64,000 bases of DNA. Origin: Octopus sinensis. Its lineage: Eukaryota. The translations under genes and the position numbers were made by a program. Numbering within the stretch: position 1 is the first letter of the stretch; every line of letters starts with the position of its first letter. The stretch spans positions 23,250,001 through 23,314,000 of the forward strand of contig NC_043010.1 of assembly GCF_006345805.1 (NCBI RefSeq), read 5' to 3'. The notes below the pieces were generated by a model. That model saw only the letters and a list, made by a program, of their open reading frames with translations. It made no database searches and was not told the origin of the DNA. Of the stretch, positions 26,901-40,440 are shown piece by piece.

Positions 26901-27310
26901 TTCGCTCCCGGTAAAAAGTGTCTCCCATCGTGGAAATTAGAGCTTTCAGCTGTTTTTACTCTAAAATAACACTTGATTTACATTCTATATCTCAAGGAAA
27001 CCCCTATATCACCACCGTCACCTAGTCGAGCTTGCTACGATATATTTAATCTGCATACGCCATCCATTACGGTCTATCATTAAAGGACTGATGAATGTGC
27101 GCATAGATGGACACACACACACATAAATTGTTGAGCAGGAAGAAGTGTTAATATTAAACAAAACAAAACAAAAAATGATGTATCAATATACAATTACAAA
27201 AATGTCATTAATTAATAGATAGTAATTACTGTAAGTAAAGCTGGATACTCACAAAAACTCTATTATCTCTCCCTCTCAGTCCTTATCTGCCTTTCGATGA
27301 ACACTCCCAA

Positions 27311-27388
<78 letters not shown>

Positions 27389-27462
27389 GTCTGTCTGTCT
27401 CTGTCTGTCTGTCTGTCTATCTCTTTCTGTCTGACTGTCTCTATCTTTGTCTGTCAGTCTCC

Positions 27463-27500
<38 letters not shown>

Positions 27501-27665
27501 TATGTTACTTGACCCGTTCTCCATTTGTTTGCGTATCTAACTCATTTGTTTTTGTATTTCATGTTGTTTACTGTTGGTGACGTTCTGTGGCCATATATGC
27601 GTATATCCACATATATATATACACATACATATATACGTACATATACATACATACATACATACAAC

Positions 27666-27699
<34 letters not shown>

Positions 27700-27953
27700 A
27701 TTTATATTTATTTATCTACCTATCTATTTTTATATATATATTATATATATATATATATATATTATATATTATATAAAAGGGCTTAGTAAAATAATTACTT
27801 TGCCGCATACTGAACTCATTAGAACTAGCAGCTAAAAAATTTTTTAAAGCTATTTCTAATACTTAAAGAAAATCTCTCTCTAATAGTGTTTGCTTAATTC
27901 AACTCACAAAAGTTTGGGGGTAAGGACATCGAAAAATCAAATGCTAAGGTTAT

Positions 27954-28003
27954 TGAGAACGTACGTTTCAAGATTAGTCAAAACAACACTTATCATCAGC
28001 TCA
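27954..28003 (-). ncRNA. Type I hammerhead motif, unit 1
   Basis: UGAG-CUGAUGA-[stem II]-GAAAC-guac-GUU-CUCA, with palindromic AACGUACGUU. Confidence 0.8.
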
Positions 28004-28487
28004 GAAATTCCTTGGTTTGGATTTGGAAACACTGAAAATAAGAACATACCCTTTCGAAGATCTGCTCGTAACTAACAGTGCCAACAAATTCAAATAAGCA
28101 AGCGAAGAATCTCTGTTCTCCCCTTTCCACCAGCGTGGGTTAAAATCATCAAACACTATGCTTATTTCGGTAAAATCCGAAGCATTAATCAGAGGGAGAT
28201 TAATTATAATTTCAACAATTGAGGGCAAAATTAATTATTAATCAATTTCACCAAGTGTTCAGTATGCAAAGGGACCATTCCAGGCGAATTCAAATTATTA
28301 CATATATAAAAAGGGCTTAGTAAAATAAATTACTTTGCCGCATACTGAACTCATTAGAATAGCAGCTAAAAAACTTTTTTAAAGCTTTCTAAACTTAAAG
28401 AAAATCTCTCTCATATATAGTGTTTGCTTAATTCACTCACAAAAGTTTGGGGGTAAGGACATCGAAAAATCAAATGCTAAGGTTATT

Positions 28488-28539
28488 TGAGAACGTACGT
28501 TTCAAGATTAGTCAAAACAACACTTCTATCATCAGCTCA
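28488..28539 (-). ncRNA. Type I hammerhead motif, unit 2
   Basis: UGAG-CUGAUGA-u-AGA-AGU..ACU-aa-UCU-u-GAAAC-guac-GUU-CUCA. Confidence 0.85.
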
Positions 28540-29020
28540 GAAATTCCTTGGTTGGATTTGGAAACACTGAAAATAAGAAATACCCTTTCGAAGATCTGCT
28601 CGTAACTAACAGTGCCAACAAATTCAAAAAGCAAGCGAAGAATCTCTGTTCTCCCCTTTCCACCAGCGTGGGTTAAAATCATCAAACACTATGCTTTATT
28701 CGGTAAAATCCGAAGCATTAATCAGAGGGAGATAATTAATAATTTCAACAATTGAGGGCAAAATTAATTATTAATCAATTTCACCAAGTGTTCAGTATGC
28801 AAAGGGACCATTCCAGGCGAATTCAAATTATTACATTATATAAAAGGGCTTAGTAAAATAAATTACTTTGCCGCAACTGAACTCATTAGAAATAGCAGCT
28901 AAAAAACTTTTTTAAAGCTATTTCTAATACTTAAAGAAAATCTCTCGCATATATAGTGTTTGTTAATTCAACTCACAAAAGTTGGGGGTAAGGACATCGA
29001 AAAATCAAATGCTAAGGTAT

Positions 29021-29071
29021 TGAGAACGTACGTTTCAAGATTAGTCAAAACAACACTTCTATCATCAGCTC
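29021..29071 (-). ncRNA. Type I hammerhead motif, unit 3 (abuts the inversion junction)
   Basis: Same core as unit 2. The 5' arm of stem I ends at the 29071 junction. Confidence 0.8.
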
Positions 29072-29581
29072 GGATTTTACCGAAATAAGCATAGTGTTTG
29101 ATGATTTTAACCCACGCTGGTGGAAAGGGGAGAACAGAGATTCTTCGCTTGCTTATTTGAATTTGTTGGCACTGTTAGTTACGAGCAGATCTTCGAAAGG
29201 GTATGTTCTTATTTTCAGTGTTCCAAATCCAAACCAAGGAATTTCTGAGTGATGATAGAAGTGTTTGTTTTTACTAATCTTGAACGTACGTTCTCTCAAA
29301 TAACCTTAGCATTTGATTTTTCGATGTCCTTACCCCCAAACTTTTGTGAGTGAATTAAGCAAACACTATATATGAGAGAGATTTTCTTTAAGTATTAGAA
29401 ATAGCTTTAAAAAAGTTTTTTAGCTGCTATTTCTAATGAGTTCAGTATGCGGCAAAGTAATTTATTTTACTAAGCCCTTTTATATAATGTAATAATTTGA
29501 ATTCGCCTGGAATGGTCCCTTTGCATACTGAACACTTGGTGAAATTGATTAATAATTAATTTTGCCCTCAATTGTGGAAAT

Positions 29582-29614
<33 letters not shown>

Positions 29615-30069
29615 TGTTATATTTCGGAATGGTCATTTTGCCAGTTTAGCCAATAAAATCACACGCACTATATATTTGGTGTTATTTTGCTTCAGTGTTA
29701 TTTATTTTTTACATTAATCTTAATCTTATTTCGGCCAGAATTCTTTCATCACACTTCTGTGACCGCATGAGTGGTCCTTTGTTTTCTTCTTTCTTATTTG
29801 TGTCTCTCCTTACTAACCGTCAGCCATTTTGTATTTTTATTGTGTCTTCATTTGCGCATGCTTATATCTCTATGTGCGTCTATGTTTAGTTAGTGTGTGT
29901 GTGGGGGATGCCTGTAATATTTGTATCTTCTGTTTATATACGTTCGTGTAATTTGTTTTTGTTGTTGTTGTTTTTGTTTATTCTTATTTTGTTCATGTGT
30001 TTACATCCACTTATTATTATTATTATCATTACGTATGCTTGTATGTATGTATGTATAACAACAATACTA

Positions 30070-30105
<36 letters not shown>

Positions 30106-30294
30106 TAATAATAATAATAATAATAATAATGATGATGATAAATAAAAAAATCTTTTAAATTAAACAAAAAAAACTTATATGGTTATTTATTTCTATTTGT
30201 TTATTTATCTGTGTATTTTATCTATTATGTTTTCGGTTTTGTTTATATTGTAACCAGTTTATGGGGATCCTCTACCGTCATATGTTGTGGTGTG

Positions 30295-31010
30295 TGCTAG
30301 TGTTCCATTCGAGTTTCCTATTCAGGCTCGGTTTATCTTCTATTATGTGTGTAGCTTCTGTAATTTGTCTGATTGTTGCATCTGTGTGAACAAGATTTTA
30401 ACTTCTATGTTGTTGATTGATCCCCCGTGTTCCTGTTCGGCGTGTTGGTACAGAATCTATGAACTTTTACCTTCCTTAAGTTCTCTCCATTGCCCATTTG
30501 CCCGCTCTCCTATGCTTCGTGCCGTTTCCCCTACGTATGTCGTTGTCTTGTTACTGCATCGTCCCTCTATACATCTTATACTATAGACTACATTTCTGGC
30601 TTTACAGTTTGTTTGTGGGCTAAATTTACACTCAGTACAGTACCTATCCGTACAGGAGGTTCTACTATAAGGGTAGGTTCTACCGATTATGAATTTGATA
30701 GGGTTGCCTGGCTTTTCAACAACCTTAATACTTAGCTTAAGTTTGTCTAGGCTCCTTCTAAAGCGGTACGCCAGTTCACCTCCAGGGGTGGTGTCAACGA
30801 ACATGACACTCTGGTATTTATGGCTACCATACCAAGAGTTGGCCTTCCCTATTTTCTTCTTTGTCCTTTCTATAGAGTTCCATGACTTGTTCCTGTAGAG
30901 TGGGCAAATCCCATTCCTATCATTACATAATATATTATCAAATTTCTTCATGACTCCTTTGTATACTCTGATCCTTTCTTTATGGCTGTAACCTGAGAAC
31001 TGCATCCATC
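30295..31010 (-). pseudogene. Penelope-like element C-terminal fragment (RT thumb, Cys-rich linker, GIY-YIG endonuclease)
   Basis: ORF 30457-31005 contains SGY, PLYR, MFVDTTPGGELA, C..C..C, NVVYSIRC and YVGETARSIGER. It continues past an in-frame stop as LYQHAEQEHGG. Confidence 0.88.
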
Positions 31011-31529
31011 CCGTCCATCCCGTTTTTCAATCGAGTGAAAAACGGGATTAACGCTTTGATTTTGTTTTGGTGCCTCGCTCTGTCGTACGTGACTATAAGG
31101 AGTTGCATCCCCAACGTAAACTTATAATGTAACACAAACACACACACACAAACACGCACGCACACACACACACACACACACACCACACACACACACACAC
31201 ACTCACACAAACACAAACACACACAAACACACACATAGTCTTCCCTCACCAAGACTATTTTCGGAGTAACCTTTGCAGAAATTGAAAACTATTCGGTTCT
31301 TATCATTTTAATTAAAGATTCATTATGTTAGCAACTTTATGTATATGTGTCTGTATGTGTGTGCGTGCGTGTATGTATGCGTGTGTGAACTATGTGCATG
31401 TGTATATACATATATACATACATATATATATATATATATAACACATAAACACGTACATATGTATATGTATATTTATAATTTGTTTCTAATTCATTAAATT
31501 CATTTTGAAAAAAAAATTTATAAACTCAT

Positions 31530-31642
31530 TTATCATCATCATCATTATCATCATCATCATCATTATCATCATCATTATCATTATTATCATTATTATTGTT
31601 ATTATTATTATTATTATTATCATCATCATTATTATTATCCTC

Positions 31643-31704
<62 letters not shown>

Positions 31705-31720
31705 GCTATCGTTATTATTA
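31530..31720. repeat. (ATC)n/(ATT)n microsatellite
   Basis: Read directly. Confidence 0.95.
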
Positions 31721-31955
31721 TTTATCGTAGTATTCTTATCTATTTATTTATGTCAACATCATTTCGTTACCTTTATTTATTCATTGCTCACATAAACTAA
31801 TTTGATTTACGTTGTAATGCATTTTCCCTGATGTTTCTCTTACTTTATTTGTCTATTTTCATAGATGCTGCTGATGCTGCATTATGGCGGCGAGGAAGCT
31901 GTTGAACATATTTATTCATCTATCCATTTATGTAACTATATACATACATACATGC

Positions 31956-32040
<85 letters not shown>

Positions 32041-32143
32041 ATATATATATATGCATATATATATGTACGTACAACCTACTGGTCTCTGTCAGAATGTCTG
32101 CTAGTTTGTCTGTCTGACTGTCTGCCTCTCCCTCTCTCCCATA

Positions 32144-32175
<32 letters not shown>

Positions 32176-32181
32176 CATATG

Positions 32182-32248
<67 letters not shown>

Positions 32249-32297
32249 ATATATATATATATGTATGTATATATATATATATAATATGTATATATAC

Positions 32298-32356
<59 letters not shown>

Positions 32357-33067
32357 TATATGATGTGATATTCATGTTATTTTTGGTTTGTCATTATATC
32401 AGCGTTGTTGATGTTTTTGATACCGCTTTTCGTATTATTTTCTGTTTTTTTTTCACCTTCTCGGTCTTATCACAAGCCCGTCTCCTCGTTAAAAACTCTT
32501 TTTCGTTTTGTTGTATCTGTGAGAAAGAGACTACAGCAAATATGTGTAACCTTTCCAACAAATACATCAATTATGCCCTAAGGGTTCAAATTGGATGGAG
32601 ACTCGGAAACCTTCTATCTAATAAATTGAATGGCATTAAATAAGACACGCATCTACATTTTCATATAGTTACACACATACATACATACATACATACATAC
32701 ATACATACATACATACATACATACACACACATGCATACATATAAACATACATTCATACATACATACATACAAACATACATACATATATGTGTATGTGTGG
32801 TGTGTATGTGCGTGTGTCTGTGTGTAGCAAATAGTTACATATATATATGGATATATACAGACCACACATACTGTCAGACATTCGACATTGACGTATACAA
32901 CACTGTATTAACCCACACAGACCTAAACATGACACATATAAACACGCTCACACCCATACGACTAGGTATATATATATGTATATATGTATGTAGGTACGTA
33001 AGTATGTATGTATATATGTATGTAGGTAGGTATGTATGCAGGTATGTATATAGGTATTATGTAAGTA

Positions 33068-33113
<46 letters not shown>

Positions 33114-33259
33114 TATGTATATACATGGAGAGAGATAGGGAAGGAGACAGAGAAAAAGAGAGGAAGAGACAGATGGATGGATAGATAGATAGATAGAATT
33201 CTAGCTATATATTATATATAATATATATATATATATGTATATACATATATATAAATGTG

Positions 33260-33314
<55 letters not shown>

Positions 33315-34224
33315 TATATAATATATATATATATATAAGCAGATTCATGCATATATTCATATATACATGCGCATGTATATATGTATGCATGTATGTATAG
33401 TAAGCATACATAAATACATGTTGTATCTGTATATACATATGCTGTTGATAACATAAACCTATTCATTCGTTTCATTCTATCGCTTTTATATCAGTTGTTT
33501 TAACGTTTTTTCCCTAATTTTATTTCTCTGCTTTTTTACGAATTTCCACTGCATCGACGATGTCACCAATACAACTTTGTTTTTATTTCGAATTTTTCTC
33601 TTGTCCTAATTTATTTATGTTTCTTTTATATATTTATTTATTTTGGTTTTGTTTTTATTCTCCAACAGATAACAGAAATTAAATTAGATTACTTTAAATT
33701 AAATTAAATTATTCCCTACCAATATGAATTTGACCTCGTGACCTTTGCTTAATGTCAAACTAGTTAGATTTGTTACCTTTAATTTTATTTAAATTTATAT
33801 TTCTAACATGTTTTTTTAAAACTGTTTGTTTCGTGATGCGAGTGGTGTTGGGATGTCACCTCTTAGAAACTCTACAATATGCGATCTAGTTTTTGTTTTC
33901 ATGACTTCGTAAGGTAAAGAAACTTAACACTTATGATTATGACGTTTCAGGAACCTTATTGAGTATGAAGGTAGAAGCAAGTATTCATAAGTTATCTACG
34001 GAGAGGAAACCCGATCAAATTGTTTAGCGAGCAGAAAGTACTCCGGTGAAGAACTGACGGGCCAGAGTGATGTGAAAGCGAATATCGAATTAAAAGTACC
34101 CTCCAAAAATATACATGATTCATCTTATTGCGATCTACGCAGTTTCTATCAAATTATTTTTGTAGGGGCCAAGAAAGATGCCTCCATGCAATTATTTGAC
34201 ACTTTTTCAACATTGAAAAACACG

Positions 34225-34797
34225 GAATTCCGCCGAGGGCGACATTGCCATTCATATTTTCGTGGTCGATAAATTAAGCACCAGTTGCATACTAATCGAC
34301 TGGCCCCCTCCCCCAAAGATGTTGAGCCTTGTACCTAGAGTACAAAAGATTATAAAACACGGAACTAACCTAATAAAATAGAGATAGGAACACCACACAC
34401 CCCCGATAATAAATCCGAGATGAAACGATTTAACAGAGAAATTGCTCTGTATGTGCATGGGTGTGTGAGTGTGTGCACACGCGTTAGTGAATGGCACATG
34501 GCTTAAAGATTAGGGTATTCGGCTCATGGGCCTTTAGATTGTGAGTTTGATTTCAGGTGACGTGTTGCCGCATTGAGCAAACCACTTTATTTCACACTAC
34601 TCAACTCCACTCAGCTGGCAAAAATAAGTTTTTAAGCCTTGTCACTCTCTGTGTCACGCTGAATCTCCTTAAGAACTACGTTAAGGGTACACGTGTCTGT
34701 GGAGTACTCAACCACTTGCATGTTAATTTCACGAGCAGGTTATTACTTTGATCGGATCAAGTAGAACCTTCGTGGTCGTAACAGACGGAGAGCCAGT
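34225..34797 (+). mobile_element. SINE A fragment (34225-34345) and SINE C copy (34490-34797)
   Basis: AATTCCGCCGAGGGCGAC...GGTCGATAAATTAAGCACCAG, followed by a tRNA-like head and CTCCACTCAGCTGG. Confidence 0.65.
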
Positions 34798-34799
34798 TA

Positions 34800-36132
34800 T
34801 TTATATATGTGGAACGTGGCTTCGAAGAAAATAGAAGTAGCAGAGACGGAGGAAATCGAGAGGTGTCTACAGGAAATTGAAGGAGAAACTACCTTCTACA
34901 ATAGAGGTAGAAAACACGCAACAGTAGTCGTTCATTTTGAAAACGAAGATGAAGCGAAGAGGAACGCCACGAAAATATTGAAAACGGAAAAATGGGTATT
35001 ACTACCTAGCTATTGTAGAAAAAGGGCAGTGAGAATAAGAATCAGTAAAATTTCACCAGAATTGAACATGGAGAGAATTGTAGCGGCAACAATATTTAAC
35101 TGCAAGGAGAATGTCGAGATATTGAAGATAGAAAAGTCGAAAGAAGTAAAGTGGTGGGGTTATGCGGTGCAGGCTTTGGTTCACATAACCATGCCAGACC
35201 TGTATAACATCCCAGAGGAGTTGGTCTTCCCCGACGAGACACATCTCAGAGTCGTGGTGGAGGGGAGACCCCCAGCATGTTACAATTGCAAAATTAGAGG
35301 CCACATGAAGGATATGTGTCCACGAAGAGAAGTACAAGAGAAAACGAGAACACTGGAGGCTTTGACAGAGGAGTTACAAAAGGCGAATGTGGAAGAGGAA
35401 ATCGTGACTACAGATAATGTGGAAAATGGTGACGAGTTGGAGAAAGAAAAGGAAAGAATAGAAGAAAAAGAGGATAGAAAGAGAACGCGGGTGGAATCAC
35501 CACCCAAAGCACAAAAAAGAAAAAAGCTAAAAAGAAGTCGATCGACGAGATGGAGGATCGAACGCACGAAGAGAAAGATACAGAAACGAAAGCGAGTGAA
35601 GCTTCAAATTGTCAGATACGGAAGAATGGGATAGAAGAGTGGAAGAACAGCTGGAAAAATGTTAAAGAAGGAGGAAGACCAAAAGAAGAAAATCTTAAAG
35701 CTATAATGTTACACAGAAGGACAAGTAAATTGAAAAGAAGTTGCAAATATGAAAAGTCTAATTAGAGTGAAGTTAAATTCGAAAATTTTTGGTGACCAAG
35801 TGAAGGCGGCGATTGTAGAAAAAGAGACAGTAATGAAACTGAAAATGCGTATACAGCTGTATGCGTAATGCATTACATTAGGTATGAAAGTTTGCCAAGT
35901 ATCATAGAACAGGAGAGGTTACTCGAGTACTTAACGGATGAACGCCCTGGATAACATAATTGTAATTGTAAATGGAACTGCGAGTTTGGGGGCTCGTAAG
36001 ACATTCCATTTAATTCATTACAAATAATTCATTGTTATACCATACATTTTGATTTTTTATTATATGTACCCCATGTCCTGTATTGTAATGTCCCCTCTGA
36101 ATTCGGGCCATTGTGCCTATAATAAAGAGTTA
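34800..36132 (+). mobile_element. Tx1-type LINE derivative A: ORF1 (gag-like zinc knuckle) + 3'UTR, ORF2 absent
   Basis: ORF 34807-35634 has VVVEGRPPACYNCKIRGHMKDMC, homologous to ORF1 of the downstream element. The 3' end has AATAAA at 36121. Confidence 0.75.
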
Positions 36133-36151
36133 ATCTTCAGCTAGCAGGCCT

Positions 36152-39100
36152 TCTTGAATTTTTCCTCGGATTACGTCAAGCGTTTTTCTGTTGCTGCAAG
36201 CCGTTGTGTGAGTTCGATTCCGTTTGTCTTTTTGTTTTGTGTTACACGTGAAAAGTTTTTGAACTGTTGTTTTTTGACTCAGTAATTTTCGCCCTTCGGG
36301 TAGGAAAATTTTTTGTTTTTGTGTGGAACTGTTAACCTGTATATGTTATTTTGGAAAATTCCCTTGTCATTTGTGACAAGTTTCTTGTTTTCTATAATGG
36401 AAATTGACTTAAATTCAAAAAAGATTTTCACGAGATGGGAGAAGGCACAACCGTTACAAACAAAAGGTTACACAGGAAAAACCACGTTCTCTGACGCCGT
36501 AGGCGGCAACGTGGTGGAGCTGGAAGTGGCTATGGAAAAGCTTTCCAGTTCAGAAAGTTAATTAAAAAAACGGTGAAGAAACGCGATTAATACCGCCCCC
36601 TGAAACTATGCAGGCCAATTCGAGAAAAGACGGTTACTTACAAATATATATATAAAGAAAAAAGAATAACCGACGTGAAAAATGATATAGTCGAAAAGTG
36701 TATGGCGCCAATATGGAATAAGGTTCGTTACGTCAGCCGCGGTGCGAGAAGCGCTACAATAGAAGCTCATTTCGAGTCAGCTGATGTAGCGAAGAAAATT
36801 TCAACACAAACATTGAAAAGCGAACATATCCTATTACTTTCCTTGTATTTGGGGCGCAAGACGGCGAAAGTTACAATTGAGGACCTACCGAGGGGCTACG
36901 AAGTGATGTGGGCGGCGACGGCGGTCATATTTGATGTGGAGGAAAAATTAACAATATTGAGCATGAGGAAGAAAGAGGCAACAAACTGGAAAGGCTTGAG
37001 ATGATTATTCAAGCAGAAAATTCTACGCTGGAAAGCTTGCCAGATAGGGTCTTCGTGGGGGAGGGGCATACCATACGTGTATCGGTAGAGGGACGCAGGC
37101 CCAGATGTTTTAAGTGCGGACAAAAGGGCCATGTTCGCTCCGTTTGTACGAAAAAAAACGGTCAACGCCCCTCCTCAAAACGCTGTGAAAAACAGAGAAC
37201 AACAAAGCAGACAACACAGCAACAACAAAAGAAAACACGGAAAAGAAAAAACAAACTGAAATTCAAAAAGAGGAGGAGAAAAAGAATGAAAAACAAAACG
37301 AAAAAGAAAAGGAGGAAGAAAATAATCTAACAAAAAAAAATGAGCAAGAAGAAATGGAATACACGACTGTGAGAAACAAAAGAAAAAAATCTAACACCCC
37401 AGACTCCCCACCCCAAACAAAAAAGAAAATCAATAATGCAGACGAACAACATAAAAAAAATTTTACAATCCCATCCCGCTGGTACTACATTTGTAGGACA
37501 GCAATTCAATAAACCCCACCACCCCTCTTTAAAAGTGTTTAAATCAAATGATAAGTGTATAGCTTATAATACAAGAAATGAGAGAGTTGTGAGGTTCGTG
37601 AAAGCAAGAACTCAAATCAAATGCTTTAAAACGACAGAGAAGGACCCGGAATGGAGATATGCAAGGGTCGGCGAGGAGAAATGGAACGAGAGACTCTTCC
37701 AACAACATGTAAAGGACGGTTTCATTAAGGATGTCACCCAGGAGGTGATAGCTGGGAGAGTGCACATCAGCCCGGCAGCCACTCCAACCCAGAGCCCGGT
37801 GGCAACGCCGGTGAAATGCCCAGCAATAACGGAGAGTGTGGGGGAGGCAGGCAGACATAATCTGTCATGCTCCCTCTCGCAACCGTAAGTAAATTATTTT
37901 TCTTTCTTCGATGATTAAGTTGGGCTGTATAAATGTGCGTGGAATGGGGTCGAAATGGAAACAGGCTTGTTTGCTGGACGACGTCCTTTCACGTAAAATC
38001 GATGTGGCTATTGTCACCAAGTCCAAGATGAAAGGACCCCAAGCGTTCTTGCCACTTCTCAATGGTTACGAGAAATTTATTTCTCCTAGCCGAGGGGAAG
38101 GTGCAGGCGTGGCAGTTCTTATCAGGAAGAACTTGGACTTACAGGTAAGTACCGTCTTTCTGGACCCAGAAGGTAGGCTGGTTGTCCTAGATGACTCACG
38201 TGAGTAAGCAGTCCTTCAGGTTGGTAGCTGTCTATGCTTCTAATGGGTGTGGGTAGACCGGTTTTTATCGGGACCTGGAGCACTTTCTAGTGACGTCTAA
38301 AACGGTAGTCTTGGTAGGAGACTTCAACACTATTCTCGATGCGCGGGTTGATAGTGTAGGCTCGAACGATAGAAAAGGGAATCCTTGCCTCAAGGCTCTA
38401 CTAGCGAGCTTTAATCTAATAGACCGTTTTCGACTGGATGAGTCGAACGTTCCACAGTGGACGTGGAGTAACAACGATGGCTCACGCAGATCGTATATAA
38501 ATAGGGTATTTGTTAAGGAACGAGATAGGAATAACGTTAGCTGTCCACAATTTTCTGTTGTGCCTTACACGGATCACAAACTTGTGACGTGTGAGGTACA
38601 GGTAGATAAATGCCATAGACAGGGTCCCGGGTACTGGAAAATGAACAAATCTATTTTGCCTTGTGAAGCTTTCCGTACCCGGATTAAGGAATTAGTCCAG
38701 AGGGCATTATGTGGCACCATCATTAATAATAGATGGTGGCTCGCACTCAAAAGAGTCATCCGTTTGGAGTCCATTAGATTTAGCAAGCAGCTAAGTTTAG
38801 TTTGGACTAGAATAGCGGGCGAATTAGTTAAGAACTTAGACGAGGCAATGGAATCTGGCTGTACATCTGGAGTATTGGCAGCGAGAACTGTCTTGTACCG
38901 TCACCTCAACGCCAAGCATGAGGGGTGTAGAGTCAGAGCTAAGTTACGTGCAGGGAAACGAGAATGTATTAACGTTGCCGGATGGGCCCAACGTGAGGAG
39001 AATCAGAAGGGCAAAAAGTCCTGTATTAAGTCTTTAACTGACGAGCAGGGTCGCAAGATCTATGGACAGGAGGAGATGCAGAAGGTCCTTCACCAGCATT

Positions 39101-40353
39101 TCGCCCGGTTGTTTGGGGATGGCGGTCCGCTCGAGCGAGGGGAGGCTTTAAAGGACTTCCTAGCCGGTGGGCCGCGGCTCTCGACACGTGAGGCGGAATG
39201 CTGTGAAGGATCGATCTCTTCCGCGGAGGTAAGAGAGGTTATGGCCGGTTGCGCCGGGGAAAAGTCGCCGGGGTTAGATGGTCTGACCTATGAGTTCTAT
39301 TGTTGTATGCCGGACTTGTTCGGAGATATACTGGCGGGAGTCTATGCGAACTGGCAACAGAATGGGAGGATTCCCAGTTCTGTGAGCCGGGGAGTTGTGA
39401 TGCTGGTCCAGAAAGACCCGAACAAGGAGGATAGTATTAGTAATTAAAGGCCCATAACTCTACTTAATGTAGAGTTTAAGATTTTGGCCAAGGTGTTTGC
39501 AAAAAGGTTGACGGCTGTCGTGGAGAAACTTGTCGGGAAGGCACAGACATGTGCAATCCCAGGAGGTCGATCCAGGATAATCTTCACCTTCTCCGCTACA
39601 CTATAGACAGGGTCGGGAAATTAGCCGGCAAAGGAGGGGCATTGGTCCATTTAGACCAAAGTAAAGCGTTCGATAGGATAGACCATCGGTACTTGGCGGC
39701 GGTCCTCGGGGCAGCTGGGCTGGGCCCTGGCTTCTGCGGGTGGATCTCAGCTATGTACAGCGGCATCAAGTCCACAGTCCAGATAAACGGTTACCTAACG
39801 GAGCCGTTTTCGATCAAGCGTTCAGTTCGTCAAGGGTGTCCCTTGTCCCCGCTCCTGTATGTTTTGGCTCTTGAGCCATTGCTGCGGATGTTGGAGAAGT
39901 TGGAAGGCAACCCTAATGAAATCGGGTGCGGTAAACCTGTTTCTGCCTATGCGGATGACGTCACCCTCATCGTGTCCAACGAAGCACAGCTAACTCGTGT
40001 TAGGTGCTCTCCGAAGATACGAAGCGGTGGCAGGGGCAAAAGTTAACAAGGACAAGTCCACCGGTTTGCGCCTCGGCACCTGGAGGAACAAGCCGATATT
40101 GTCCAATGTTGTTGGACACTGGACAGATGGTCCTGTTAAATTGCTCGGAGTTTGGTTTGGTCCAGACTCCCAGACGGAGAAGAATTGGAGCGAGGTAGCA
40201 AACAAGGTAGAAACTATAGTACGGAAGTGGTCCGGAAGGCATCTTTCCTTGAAAGGGAGGGCGGAGGTGGTACAGATGTTTATAGCCTCTGTCATCATCT
40301 ACCGCCTGACCGTCGTGCCTTGCCCCGATTCGTGGTTAAGCAAGTTGGATATC
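36152..40353 (+). mobile_element. Tx1-type (L1 group) LINE B with 5'UTR, frameshifted ORF1 and APE-RT ORF2, truncated at the 3' end
   Basis: ORF1 CFKCGQKGHVRSVC. ORF2 from 37911: CINVRG, VGDFN, TDHKLV, GPGYWKMN, KSPGLDGL, LDQSKAFDRIDH, SVRQGCPLSPLLY, YADD. Several stops and frameshifts. Flanked by the 19-bp direct repeat ATCTTCAGCTAGCAGGCCT (36133-36151, 40354-40372). Confidence 0.93.
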
Positions 40354-40358
40354 ATCTT

Positions 40359-40440
40359 CAGCTAGCAGGCCTCTGCTACTCTAGACCGATGATGGGCAAA
40401 GACCCTGAAACATGCGTGTCTCTAAATGCAGGCCTAGCTG
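40359..40440 (+). ncRNA. Type I hammerhead motif with extended stem I, in a ~240-bp element (40354-40590)
   Basis: UAGA-CCGAUGA-u-GGG-caaaga-CCC-u-GAAACA-ugcg-UGUC-UCUA, with outer helix CAGCUAG/CUAGCUG. The core has a U4-to-C change. Confidence 0.75.

Larger units (their letters stand above)
27772..29583 (-). mobile_element. Concatemer of a ~534-bp HHR-bearing unit: 2.4 direct copies (starts 27772, 28304, 28838) joined at 29071 to an inverted permuted copy
   Basis: The unit start TATAAAAGGGCTTAGTAAAATA recurs, and HHRs lie 534 and 533 bp apart. 29071-29583 is the reverse complement and spans a unit junction. Flanked by (TA)n. Confidence 0.92.

Noticed and set aside
27088-27110. CTGATGA followed by a small ATG/CAT hairpin as a hammerhead
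   Set aside because: No GAAA and no stem I or III; at most a relic.
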